The position numbers and the translations under genes are program-made. From NCBI GenBank assembly GCA_951406725.2, contig OX597819.1, forward strand, positions 33,976,001-34,040,000: DNA of 64,000 nt. Reading direction: 5' to 3'. Positions 40,813 through 54,374 of the stretch are shown piece by piece (positions within the stretch are counted from its first letter, which is position 1; each line of letters starts with the position of its first letter). The stretch is from Octopus vulgaris (taxonomy: Eukaryota). The notes below the pieces were generated by a model, which was not told the origin of the DNA, made no database searches, and was given only the letters and a program-made list of their open reading frames with translations.

Positions 40813-40957
40813 GTTTATAATTTTAACCTTTATAGGTATTTTAATATGCTGAAACATTTGATGAAATTTTTTCTGAAAAAAATTTTATCCTATATCATTA
40901 TATATATTATTATATATAATATTATATATAATATTATATATTATTATATATATTATA

Positions 40958-41008
<51 letters not shown>

Positions 41009-42784
41009 TACATATTTGTATACATATATCTACACATACATACACAAATGAATACACACATACCCACACACATTTATATATGTCTTCCTTTGTATTGAAT
41101 TTCAAGAATTTCAGTTGAGATGTTTGGATAGCTGCTAAATTAAGCTGACTGTACAATTTTGTCTACAGGCTGTATATGTATATATAACATGATGAAAAAA
41201 AAAGGGATCTGGGAGAATAAGAATTCCTCATATTATTCTATGGTTTCTGTATTTAAGGAAATCAGCAATGGCAATACCATCATTTCCTGTTATGCCAACG
41301 CTTTCAAACTTATATAATAATTTAGTCAGATCAATTTCAGTCATATGATTGTTAAAATACAGGTGTATAGAAAAAAATCAACCATAGGTGAGAATAACAG
41401 AATATTTGAAGATTGGTGATATTGCTGGATTTCTGGAAAATATGATTAAAGCAGTTATCTTTATTTTCTGTTTGTCATTATTTTCAGAGTGTTTGTTGTG
41501 TGTGTGTGAGGGGGAGTGTAATAGAGCATTAACGGCACATTGCAAATAATATGCTTGAGTATAAGAATGTATGTATTTAAAGCTATAGAATTTCTTTCCT
41601 GTTGCGTGGTAAGAAGCTTGCCTTTCAGCTACATGGTTCTGAGTTCAGCCCCACTGCATGGCACCTTGGACAAGTGACTTTTACTATTTGGTAGATGGAA
41701 ACTGAAAGAAACCCACCATGTGTATGTGTGTGTGTGCATGTTTGTTCCCCACCCCTGCTTGACAACTGGTGTTGGTGCATTTAAGTCCCTATAGCTTAGC
41801 AGTTCACCTAAAGAGACTGACAGAATAAGTACTAAGCTTTACATAAGTACTTTAAATAAGTACCGGGATTAATTCGTTCAACAAAAATTCTTCAAGGCAG
41901 TACCCCACCAGCATGTTCGCAGTTTATTGACTGAAACAAGTAAAAGTAAAAATATGTATGAAATTTTATTGGAGGCCTGAAATTTTATTGGAGCGGGGTT
42001 AATCAATTACAGCAACCTCCAATACTCACCTGGTACTTATAAAGTAGACCATGGCTGAATATGAACTAACAAGGTAAAGAAGGATGAAAGGTCATTGAGT
42101 ACTTTCTCTGGCATTGCTAACGATTCTGCCAGCTTGCTGCTTTATTTAAAGCTTTAAAATAACAACAAAAACAATAATTATGATAATTATTTTTTAAGTT
42201 CACAAAAGGCAGTGAACAGGTAGAACTTTCAGAGTACCAGGAAAAGTGTTTTGCAGTATTTCTTCCAGTACCTTACATTCTGAGTTCAAATCCTGTTGGA
42301 ATTAATTTCAGGTTTTATCCATGCAGGATTTATAAAGTGAAGCACTAATCTACGAGTGGGCTCAATGATATTGACTACTGCTCTTCTATTCGAAATTGCT
42401 GGCTTTATGTCTAAATCAGAAACTTTATAAAGCCATTGGTAATAGAAGGAGCATGCACCAATGGAAATAAAATCAGGATTGTGACAGTGGAGAGCAAAAT
42501 ATTGTCCTCTGACTTCTTAGTAAACCCTGTCAAAATGCCTAACCTATGCTAGCATGGAAGCAGATGTAAAACGATGATGATGATTGTATATGAGCAGTGT
42601 GGCTGTGTGGTAAGGAGCTTGCTTCCCAACACATGTTTCTGTACTCGGTCCCAAAGCATGGCACCTTGGGCAAGTGTCACCTACTATTACCTCTGACAGA
42701 CCAAAGCTTTGTGAGTGGATTTGGTAACCAGAAGCTGAAAAAAACTCATTATATGTATATATATATATATATATACATATATAA

Positions 42785-43325
42785 TTCGATGACTGGTGTC
42801 CGTGATAGTGGGGTGCAAAGAGCACCATACGAGTCTGATCATTGACAGAGCGGCTAAGCGGCTTCCGTACCGGTGCCACATAAAAGGCACCATTCGAGTG
42901 TGATCGGTACCAGTGTCGCCTTACTGGCACTCGAGCCCCGTGCTAGTAGGGTGTTAAGAGCACCATCTGAGCATGATCGTTGCCAGAGCGGCTATCTGGC
43001 CTCCATGTCAGTGGCACGTAAAAGACACCATTCGAGCATAATCGTTACCAGCATTACCTTACTTGCACCTATGCCGGTGGCATGTGTAAAAGATTCAAGT
43101 GAGGTTGTTGCCAGTACTGCCTGACTGGCCCCGTGCCAGTGGCATGTAAAAGCACCCACTACACTCTTGGAGTGGTTGGCGTTATGAAGGGCATCCAGCT
43201 GTAGAAACCCTACCGGATCAAGATTGAAGCCTGGTGCAACCATCTGGTTCGCCAGACCTCAGTCAAATCGTCCAATCCATGCTAGCATGGAAAGCGGACA
43301 TTAAATGATGATGATGATAATGATG
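42785..43325 (+). mobile_element. RTE-type 3' UTR fragment with variant tandem units, inserted in a SINE A TA tract
   Basis: Units ggtggcacgtaaaag.caccattcgag.gtgatcgtt.ccag, then gtggttggcgttatgaagggcatccagctgtagaaac and an (ATG)n tail. Confidence 0.8.
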
Positions 43326-43788
43326 ATATGTATATATGTGCGTGTGTGTGTATGTGTGTGTCTTTGTTTGTCCTCCACCACCATTTGTGTTTAAGTCTCA
43401 TAATTTAGGAGTTTGGTAAAACAAAAGACCAGTAGAACAAGTACCATGCTTTAAAAAATTTTTAATTAAGTCTAGGAGTTGATTCATTTGAGTAAAATTT
43501 TTTAAGGCTCAGCATGGCTGCAGTCTAATGACTGATGAAAAAAATAAAAGATTAAAGAAAAGATGTGTGTATATATTTATTTATGTACCCAATGAGACCA
43601 AGAACAGGTCAAAATATGTGACATACCAAATAAAATCTTTTCCTCATTCCATCCATCTATTTTATTAATACTGTTACCACAACCGCCACTACGAAGTTCC
43701 TACAATAAGTCTATGGATAACAACAGGTAATCAAAACTGTGCCAGTGCTTTATTCATCATCTACCTATACATTTTGTATAATTTCTCC

Positions 43789-43830
<42 letters not shown>

Positions 43831-43910
43831 TATACTTATAGCATATTACTCTACCTCTGGTATTTGAGTACTCTTTTTTCCACCTTGTTTCGCATTTATG
43901 TGCTTACTTC

Positions 43911-43941
<31 letters not shown>

Positions 43942-44559
43942 GTATATATATGTATATATATATAATTATCATCATTCATCTACATTTTGCATACAAATAT
44001 ATATGTAGAAACAAATTTATAAATAAAAGCATAAATGTGTGTGTGTGTGTGTGTATGCACATTTGTGCATGTGTGTGTGTATGTGTGTGTGATGACTGCC
44101 TCATTTTGTCAGATGATAGTCATCTTACATGCAGAAAAGATACTGAAACATCTGTATGTCATTGGATTTAAGTGACAAAAGCTTGTACAATGCTTTTTGC
44201 CGCTCTCTTTTCACAATAAATAGGTTCCAATGACAAGCATTGCAAGATGACTAGTACTAATTTCACTGCAAATTTTATGTCAAAGTACTTTTCTTTGAGA
44301 AAAGTTGCCTTCTCCATGGTTGTGTCAAAAATAACAGAAGCCTCTTCTGCCCTTTGGAAATATATTTAAGCCATAGAAGGGACACTGATAAGTACTACGG
44401 TTCTGAGCCAGAATGGACCTGGGAATAACAGTAATTAAAGGGTGATACCACATTCCCCACAGCACCAGAACTTCCAGACTGTGTGTGTGTGTATACATAT
44501 GTACATATGCATACATATATACATATATATATATGTGTATGTATGTCTGTATATATATT

Positions 44560-44590
<31 letters not shown>

Positions 44591-44623
44591 GTGTATATAT
44601 ATATGTATATATATATATGATTT

Positions 44624-44708
<85 letters not shown>

Positions 44709-44803
44709 ATCCACACATGAAAACACAAAGAGAAAACACAACAACGCAAGGAAGTAGAACAAGTATAGTGTTATTGGACGCTCAGAAAAGGAAAGAAAGG
44801 AGG

Positions 44804-44838
44804 ATTTAACGTTTCGAGCGGAGCTCTTCGTCAGAAAC
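44804..44838 (-). ncRNA. Minimal hammerhead ribozyme motif with intact core in a TA-anchored element (about 44704-44935)
   Basis: Minus strand GTTT-CTGACGA-A-GAGC-TCC-GCTC-GAAAC-GTT-AAAT; palindromic helix III AACGTT. Confidence 0.7.
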
Positions 44839-44951
44839 ATAGGAAAAGGAAAGATCCCAAAAAGGGAAGACCGAAGAAAAAAAATCGCCAACGGTACACA
44901 TGCAGTCACATTTTGAATGACCAGAAGGGAATGGGTGGTATATATACATAC

Positions 44952-44982
<31 letters not shown>

Positions 44983-45012
44983 TGTATGTATGTATGTATG
45001 TATGTATGTATG

Positions 45013-45061
<49 letters not shown>

Positions 45062-45334
45062 TTATATATATATACATATGTATGTATGTATGTATAAAAT
45101 TAATATAAACAGCAACTTGCAATGTTTCACCAAAAAGGAGACTTATAATTGTAACTAAATGTGACAAGGGTATTAGGAAACACCTACATTGCTAGAAATA
45201 AGAGTTAAAATGCTCTACTGCTGTAGTGAATGCACATGAATGAAAACATATACACTAAGAAGAACCTTAATTGTCCGAAAAATGTTGATCAAGAATTCTT
45301 AATACAGACAGCAGTTTTGGCAGTCTCTATTGCC

Positions 45335-45612
45335 TCATCAGTTAAGCCCACTCAATTGTTTGGTTTTTTTCTGGACCTGCTTTGCTATTTAGTATTTATG
45401 TTTTCATCATCCAAATTATTGGATGATTTAGCAATTTGCTAATTAATATAAACAGCAGTTTGCAATGCTTCACCAAAAATGAGAATTATAATTGTCACTA
45501 AATATGACTAGGGATCACTAAATCATCCAATAATTTGGATAAAAGAAACATAGATACTAATAGTGAAGCAGGTCCAGAAAAAGCCAGACAATTAAGAGGG
45601 CTTAACTGATAA
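45335..45612. repeat. Inverted repeat (~95-bp arms) whose loop duplicates 45097-45170
   Basis: tcatcagttaagccc...ccaaattattggatgatttag pairs with ctaaatcatccaataatttgg...gggcttaactgata; aattaatataaacagca...caccaaaaa occurs twice. Confidence 0.8.
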
Positions 45613-45828
45613 GTTCTATTTTTTTCCACCATTTTTGCATTTATGTCCTAACTCATCATTATCATTTCATGTTCATCTTCCATGCTGGCATGGGTCAGAC
45701 GGTTTGACAGGAGTCGGCTAGGCAGAAGCCTACGCCAGACTTCTGTGACTGTTTTGGCAGGATTTTTACAACTGGATGCTCTTCCTAACACCAACCACCC
45801 AGCAGAGTGAACTGTGCTTATTCATGTG

Positions 45829-45859
<31 letters not shown>

Positions 45860-45881
45860 AATAATAATGATAATAATAATA

Positions 45882-45928
<47 letters not shown>

Positions 45929-46407
45929 AATAAATATATGCGGGAATATTATTCCAAACTTACAGGGAAAAATTCAATATAGAAATACTAAATAAAATTT
46001 CACAAAATATAATATATATATATAAATTAGAAAAAACACCTTTTATCAATTCAATAATGAAAAATTAAATTATACTATTTAGAAAAATTATATCTTATAG
46101 AAAGATTAAATATAAGATAAAGCATATAATAATTATTAAGTAATGTGCAAAATAATAAATAAAACGTATACATTTGGTAGAATATACACACACACACACA
46201 TACACACACACTCCCACACTTGCATATATATTAGTCACAGGGATGGTCGTGTGGTTTAGAAATTCGTAATCCATCTAAATGATTTGGGATTCAGTTCTAC
46301 TATGTGGCCCCTTGTCCAAATGTATCTTCTCTAATATCAAGCTAACCAAGGCCTTGTGAGTGAAGCTGATAAAGGGAAACAGGAAAAGAGACCAGATGTT
46401 TGTGTAG

Positions 46408-46571
46408 GTATGTATGTATGTATGTACTACGTATGTATGTATGTATGTATGTATGTATGTATGTATGTATGTATGTATGTATGTACGTACGTACGTACGT
46501 ACGTACGTACGTATGTATGCATGCATGCATGTATGTATGTATGTATGTATGTATGCATGCATGCATGTATG

Positions 46572-46635
<64 letters not shown>

Positions 46636-46662
46636 TGTATGTATGTATGTATATATGTATGT
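46408..46662. repeat. (TATG)n/(TACG)n compound microsatellite
   Basis: Seen directly in the sequence. Confidence 0.95.
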
Positions 46663-46664
46663 AT

Positions 46665-47215
46665 AGCTATTGCTATACCTATTGATCGTAGCAGGTGGAG
46701 AAGGATTGTGCACAAGGGGACAGCCACTCTTGAGAAATCTCGAGTAGCAAATAAAAAAGTAAGGAGAGATGTCAGGAAGGGCATCGCTGTTACACTTCCA
46801 GATCGGAAGGGTCTTCCTATGATGCTGACATGCAATGTCTGTGCAAGACCCTGCCTGAGTAAAGCTGGACTCAAGACTCATCTTCGTAGTCATAAAGCGA
46901 GACAGATGAGTGACAACCTGGCCACTGGTGGTGGTGTTACACACCATACTAATCATATCTGTCAGGCATGTGGAAGAGAGTGTAATTCGGCAGGAGGACT
47001 TAAACGACATGCAGAGGTACATGAAGCCCAGTTACAACAACAGCCGGCTATTACCGGTAAAGGCTTTAGTTGCCAATTCTGTACAAGACATTGTAGATCT
47101 TTAGCTGGGCTAAAAAGTCACATTCGATCACAGCACCAGTAACAGTTAAGCTTCGTGCAATGGCCATACTCGATAACGGGGGCAGCCATAATGTATGTAT
47201 GTATGTATGTATGTA
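46665..47215 (+). mobile_element. 5'-truncated RTE-type LINE 3' end encoding three C2H2 zinc fingers, with (ATGT)n tail
   Basis: Open frame IDRSRWRRIVHKG...LEKSR...RR..RK (RTE tail), then CNVC..HLRSH, CQAC..HAEVH and CQFC..HIRSQH, stop at 47142, ~50-nt UTR, then (ATGT)n. Confidence 0.85.
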
Positions 47216-47547
47216 TGTATGTATGTGTGTATGTGTGTATGTATGTATGTATGTGTGTATGTATGTGTAGAAAGACAGACAGACAGACAGATAGAACTGA
47301 TATTACCAAACCAAGGTGTCATGTAAAAAAAGTGTTGGTATGGGTATTGGTGCCATGTAAAAAGCACTGGTGCTGGTGCCACATAAAAGGCATCCAGCAC
47401 ACTGTAAAGTGGTTGGTGTTAGGAAGAGCATCCAGCTGTAGAAACCAAACCAAAAATAGACTGTGGAGCCTGATTTGGCCCTTGGCCTTGTCAGTTCCTG
47501 TCAAACAATCTAACCCCCACTAACATGGGAAACAGATGTTAAATGTT

Positions 47548-47615
<68 letters not shown>

Positions 47616-47641
47616 TTAGATAGATAGTTACATAGATAGAT
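47548..47641. repeat. (GATA)n microsatellite
   Basis: Seen directly; follows an RTE-tail-like fragment at 47330-47545. Confidence 0.95.
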
Positions 47642-47894
47642 AAAGGGAAGAGGAGGGAGAAAAAGAAAAAGATAGATGTGTGTGTGTGTCTGTGTGCATG
47701 TTTATATTTCCTGTTCTCTTTTTGAAAAGTCATGATACTTGTGCTGTGTTCTGTAGGCATTTCTCCTGTTAATAAATCCCCTGCTTGTTTCATGCCTTTT
47801 GGACATCCAGTTATAACACAATGCCAAATAATAATAATAATACCCAGCCCATGTTAGCTGGGCTAAACAGATGTAAGTACCTGTAGTGTGTATA

Positions 47895-47934
<40 letters not shown>

Positions 47935-48002
47935 TATATATATATATATATTTTCTTTTTCTAGTTTCAACTCAGAGCTGCGGCCATGCTGATGCACCGC
48001 CG

Positions 48003-48125
<123 letters not shown>

Positions 48126-48143
48126 GGCGGTGCATCAGCATGG

Positions 48144-48188
<45 letters not shown>

Positions 48189-48197
48189 TAGATATAC

Positions 48198-48235
<38 letters not shown>

Positions 48236-48237
<2 letters not shown>

Positions 48238-48433
48238 TTTTATTTCTTTCAGCAATTTGACTGTGGCCATGCTGGAGTACTGCCTTTAGTTGAAAAAAAT
48301 CAACCCTGGGACTTATTCTTTGTAAGCCTACCACTTATCCTATCGTTCTCTTTTGCTGAACTGCTAAGTTCTGTAGACATAAACACACCAGGATTGGTTG
48401 TCAAGCAATGGTGGGGGCAAAAACAGAGACACA

Positions 48434-48502
<69 letters not shown>

Positions 48503-48668
48503 ATAGCTGCAGGAGTGGCTGTGTGGTAAATAGCTTGCTAACCAGCCACATGGTTCTGGGATCAGTCCCACTGTGTGGCACCTTGGGCAAGTGTCTTCTG
48601 CTATAGCCTTGGGCTGACCAAAGCCTTGGGAGGGGATTTACTAGATGGAAACTGAGAGAAGCCCATCG

Positions 48669-48757
<89 letters not shown>

Positions 48758-48952
48758 TTGTGTGTCTGTGTTTGTCCACCACCATTGCTTGACAACTGAT
48801 GTCCCTGTAACTTAGCGTTTCAGCAAAAGAGACCAATAGAATAAGTACTAGGTTTACAAAGAATAAGATCAGGGGTTGATTTGTTCAACTAAAGGCAGTG
48901 CTCCAGCATGGCAGCAGTCAAATAACTGAAACAAATAAAAGCGTAAAAGAGT
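48236..48952. mobile_element. Inverted pair of SINE A copies (minus-strand 3' half 48236-48440; plus-strand full copy 48506-48952)
   Basis: Both match the 59169 copy, in opposite orientations. Confidence 0.85.
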
Positions 48953-50040
48953 AATATATACATATCTGATATGTCAAATAGGTGCATATCCAAGAAATGT
49001 CCATGCATTTTAGAGCGCAACTTTCAAAACTATATTAAATTAAGTTATTTCATTACTACAATAACTAGAATACAATAACTATTGCATTACTACAATGCAA
49101 TAGTAATATATGTTATGATGTTAAATGAACTTCATAAATATTTTCAAGATATGAATTTTATAAAATATAAATGAGTTTGTGTTTGATATTTTGCTGTGTT
49201 TGGTTTTTGATAACAAGAGTGGTGACAACTACAGTCAGGTTTTTGCCTTATTCAACATCATCAGTGAACCATAGTCTTTTTACGCCTACTCAATCATTTT
49301 ACAATTATTTCCATAATTACAAACACTGCTCTATGGGAAATAACTCAAATAAGCCAATGGTATATATTTAATACATGTAATATTTTTGCTTGCAGTCTTC
49401 AGTACACTTAAATCATTTTGTGCAAAAGAAAAAATATTACAAAACTGAAATCCAGAGATTTAAGAAATAAATTTGGTAAAATGAAGTGAAGAAGGAAGCA
49501 AAGAGAAATTTCAAGAAGCTAGGGTAGTGTATTGGAGTTCTCAGTTTTTGTGCATTTATGTGTGAAGCTGTGTAAGTCTATGACTGTGCACTTATAAATA
49601 CCTATGTACACACATATGGGTGACTGTATGAATATGTGCAATGCATGTAATGTTATTTTTATATATATATATATAAGTGTAGAAATATGTATGCGTATGT
49701 ATAATTTGGTGTGTTGGTACATGTGAATGTGTGATTAAGTTAGTGTATCTGTACATTTAATTTGCATTATTCTAAATAATTGCATATGTGCCCATGCATG
49801 TATGTTTTTATCTGTGCATGTATGTGTGTGTGTGTGTGTGCATGCATGCATCCATTCTTATTACTGTTAAGAAGAATGGTATCATAGAAATAAAGTATAC
49901 TCAATGGAAGAGAGAACTGTGCTGGAGTTGTTGCAGTAAGTGGACGTGTTTTGTGAACTGCAATGGTTATGGTTCTGCATTATAGTGTGGGACATTGTAC
50001 AGCATTGTAGTTGGGGTGTGAACACATAACAAAAGAATTA

Positions 50041-50078
<38 letters not shown>

Positions 50079-50543
50079 ATACAGCAACAAGGGAGCTGGA
50101 TAGATGGGACGTGGGATAGCAATACATTAATATGCATCTGCATTAAAAGAAAAAGGAAACATATATGTCTATGAATACCTTTCCCAATGCCCTCAGTTAT
50201 ACATATGTATTTTATCTGGCATTCATTCACACATATGGATGCAGGCCCACATCCATATACAGATACATACATACATACGTACGTACGTACATACATACAT
50301 ACATACATACATACATACATACGTACGTACATACATACATACATACATACATGCTTACACATCTATAAACGGACAGACTGGTAGACAGACAGATAGACAG
50401 AAAGATAACTATCAGTTTCCCTTCAAGCATGATGCTGCAGCCTAATCTATTGACAATGTGCGAGATACACAACTGAGGAAGCAAGCACAATAGCCAATAG
50501 GACTGATTACTTCCAAATGCCATTTTACAGCTTCTATCAAGTA

Positions 50544-50613
<70 letters not shown>

Positions 50614-50672
50614 GTAATAATAATAATAATAATAATAATGATGATGATAATGATAATGATAATAATAATAAT
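50544..50672. repeat. (AAT)n/(GAT)n microsatellite
   Basis: Seen directly in the sequence. Confidence 0.95.
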
Positions 50673-51637
50673 AGATATAAAGGCCTGAAATTTTGGAGGT
50701 AAGTGAATTATGTTGACTCCTCAAATGGTACTTTTCCATCAACCCCAAAAGGATGAAAGGCAAAGTCAACCTCAACAGAATTTGAACTCAGAATGTAAAG
50801 ACATGAAATACTGCTAAGCATTTTGTCTGGCGTGCTAATGATTCTACCAGCACACCACCTTAATAATGATAATCCTTTCTACTAAAGACACAAGGACTCG
50901 GGATGTGCTAACAATTCTGCCAGTAGATTACATCAACTCAAGTGCTCAAATGGCACTTACTTTATCGATCCCAAAACAGAGAATCATGAAGATGACCTCA
51001 GCAAAATTTAAACTCAGGATGTGCTAACAATTCTGCCAATAGTTATCAGAGATCATCAAGAAAAAAAATGCTTTCTAATGATGATGATGATGATAGCCAT
51101 GAGAGAGAAAAAAATCTAGCTGTACTTCTCAGCCAAAAGAAGATGGTAAAGTAATTTTCATAATGAACTTTTCAGATAGATCCATCCTACTTGTAACAAC
51201 AGCTTTTTGATAATTCAACAACTCAACACAGCAATGCTTAGATACTGAACAAATGCATACAAAATGGTTTTGGAGCTCTGCACATATCTTGGACAGGCCT
51301 GGTTCACAGCACTTCAGTGCGTGTAGAATTTGTCCTAAATCATCAATACCCACATGGCAGCGCTGCCATGTCAGGATTTCAGGAAGTTATCTACAATTCT
51401 TGGGATGAATGTTCTCCAGAACAGATGAACTAGTTGATTTTCATTGCTGTCTTCAGTTTCCTTAGGAATATTTGAGCTCCTCCTCACCACTAGTCCTCTA
51501 CAGCACACAATCATAGTACTGCCATAGACCACATTACCCAACTGCAAAGGGCTGTCAGTGCCTAACAACAATGCCAAGCACCTAATTTTTACTTTACATG
51601 ACTCAAGACTGCACCTTCATCAAGAAGACAAGTTGTA

Positions 51638-52311
51638 TTGGGTTGTCCGGAAAGTTCAATATATACTTTCCGTTACATTTTTAATCAACCAAATATGAAC
51701 TATTTTGTTGCATCATGCATCTCCATCTTTCCTTTAACTTGAAAATACCCTCTTCCCAGAATTGAGGTGGTTTCATGGCAAAGAATTCATCACGGTATCT
51801 TTTTACATCATCCAAGGAATTGAAAGTTTTACCATTAAGACTAGTCTGCAGAGACCTGAATAAGTGGAAATCTGAAGGAGCAATATCTGGGGAATATGGA
51901 GGGTGGGGTAACACATTCCAGCTGAGCTGAAGCAATTTTTGTCTGGTTCCCAAAGCATCAAGTGCCGAAAATGAACTTTCTTATCTTCCATTTTAAAGGG
52001 TTACAGAATTAACACACGTTATAGGAACATAAACCCTCTTCCACGAAAAGATAGCTTAAACTGTGCTTTAAATGGAGGTGTAGTCAAATCCTATTTTATG
52101 GATTTGACTACATGTTCTAAAATATTTTATGGATTTGACTACATGTTCTAAAATATTTTATGGATTTGACTACATGTTCTAAAATATTTTATGGATTTGA
52201 CTACATATTCTAAAATATTTTATGGATTTGACTATGGATTTGACTTCATGCTCTAAAATAAATCGAAAGGTAAGCTACTATAAATTGGCATGAACTTTCC
52301 AGACAACTCAG
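51638..52311 (-). mobile_element. Internally deleted mariner element with a ~31-bp tandem expansion
   Basis: TIRs ttgggttgtccggaaagttc / gaactttccagacaactcag with TA flanks; MEDKKVHFRHLMLWE is fused directly to TRQKLLQLSWNVLPHPPYSPDIAPSDFHLFRSLQ; tattttatggatttgactacatgttctaaaa occurs 4-5 times at 52093-52258. Confidence 0.92.
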
Positions 52312-52584
52312 TAGAATGATATACCAAACAAAAGGCAATCAAGAGTAGCATATCTAACCTGGTCAAGCAAGAACAGGGGCAAAAGCAACAGTAATATATA
52401 ATAGCAGTGACATGTTCACTACCTCAGTCTAAGTTTTCAAGTATAGCTCCCTCTCAGTCCATTTCTGGGTAAGACTGACAATCTTGCTCAGAATTTCATC
52501 TCAGTTTATATCCACCTGGATAAGTTGACTTTTATTCTGGCATATTCTCTTTTGGACTACATTATCTAATGTAACTGTTTTTGA

Positions 52585-52750
52585 AGAAATATGTTGTGAC
52601 TTGAGGGATATTTGTTTTCTATTTCTGGCACAGTAAGCAATCATAAAGGAGGATTTATTCATATGGTAGAAATATGTTGTGACTTGAGGGATATTTGTCT
52701 TCTATTTCTGGCACAGTAAGCAATCATAAAGGAGGATTTATTCATATGGT
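52585..52750. repeat. 83-bp tandem duplication
   Basis: agaaatatgttgtgacttgagggatatttg...ttattcatatggt at 52585 and 52668, with one mismatch. Confidence 0.92.
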
Positions 52751-53869
52751 TTAAAAGTAGGTTCTTCATTGTCTCTACTGTGGCTACACGAGTCTCTGGC
52801 AGCCAAACAGATACAATTAAGTCCAGTTGTGATATAACCTCAAAGAAGTATAGCAGAATTCCTTCCATCTTAATGCTCTGAAGCTTTATATATCTTGGAA
52901 GCTCCCAGATCGTTGGGTTTACATGACATCAGTGCACTTCTTGTGGAGCTGATCAGAGCTATTTAACAAGAGATTCAGTTGAAACAGCAGGAATAAAACA
53001 TGGATAAAAATAGAGGCACCCAGCCACTACCACCAACACCACTCCTGAAGCTAAAGGAGAAGAAAAGTAACCTACTAAAAATAAAAATAAAAATACAATG
53101 CAAGAAATATAGAAAGGTGAAGAAAAGGAAGAATACAAGAATTGCACAAATAAAAACAAAGAAGGTAAGGTGTTTTTTTTTGCGAAAATAGTTTTGGGAA
53201 TCTAAAAACAGATATCTGGGTCAGCTTCTCATTAATGGTTTTTGTTTGTTATTTCTTTCTTTTTTTTTTGCAAACAATTCTTCTTCCAAAGCTGTAATGA
53301 ATGGTAAACCAATGAAGAAGTTGAAATAACAGTTATTTTTATATTTACATAGGTTGTTTTTGTTGCTGTTGTTGCTTTATTGCCTATTTATTTTTTAAGT
53401 TTTTCGTTTTTTTCATAGCCCTGTTTCAGTATGTATCTCTCTTGGTATCCTCACACACACGGACATATGTACAAACACACACACAGACACACACGCGGAC
53501 ATATGTACAAACACACACACACACACACTTACATGCAGGTGGTATTTGTATACGTAAATGTAAATAAAAATGGTCTGTGTATATAAACAACACTCATGTA
53601 TGAAGGTTTGTATATATGTGGTGGGTATATGAAAGAGGTGGGGTGTTAATATGACAGTACAAAAGGTTTTCATATATACATTTATTAAAATCTGCACATA
53701 CAGTATATTTATCTGAAGGATATATACGCATATGCATATATATGTACCCACACGTATATACAAACTTACATATATATATACATATTCATGTATGTGCATA
53801 TATTCCTATGTACAGACATATGTACATACATATATGCATACACTCTTCACCTTCAACCCTTCCATCACC

Positions 53870-54040
53870 CCACTGAATTGCACACCCATCTGTAACTTCC
53901 AAATCCTACTTCATGACCCCCAAAACTAGTGCTATCTTCCCCACACCACCTCTGTTCATCTTCATGATAGACAGAAATCTTGACAAGTTCCTAGTTCAAA
54001 GATTCATAGCACCAAGCCATACACAACTAGGCACTTTTAA
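53870..54040 (+). pseudogene. Penelope-like (Neptune-type) RT-endonuclease linker remnant
   Basis: NFQILLHDP, then after a frameshift KTSAIFPTPPLFIFMIDRNLDKFLV...LGTF, resembling the PLE linker NF..L..DP....IFP.PP...F.R.RNL...LV. Confidence 0.65.
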
Positions 54041-54374
54041 TTAAGTGCACTTTCCATCAAAAGAAGGAGGAGGCATCACAGAGATGGTAAATGGTTTATA
54101 GCCCAAACGAAACCACTTTAAACTTGCTAAAATGAGTGGTTTATATGATGGGAAATATAATTTCAAAGTTTGCATGGTGTGATAGTGAGAATCTGATTAA
54201 AGACTTAGCAATTAAAAAAAAAAGAAAACTTTGCAATTAAAATTCTTTTCAATATTAACAACACGGCAACTTTTACTGGGACCAAGTTACAGGATCACGT
54301 CACCCAAAAATTCAGTGCCAGACTAAGACCCATAGAGGCTCTAAGTGCTTAAAAGGTTTTGGTACCCCCATATA

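Noticed and set aside
46414-47142. 242-aa host C2H2 zinc-finger gene
   Set aside because: The first ~83 codons are (TATG)n; the rest is a LINE C-terminus with its own tail.
51129-51577. Possible Gypsy integrase zinc-binding remnant (HVGID...PGLSK)
   Set aside because: Similarity is too weak and there are no other LTR-element motifs nearby.
53000-53191. Lys-rich ORF ending near a GAAG|GTAAGG donor
   Set aside because: Low-complexity A-rich sequence, no recognisable domain and no partner exon found.
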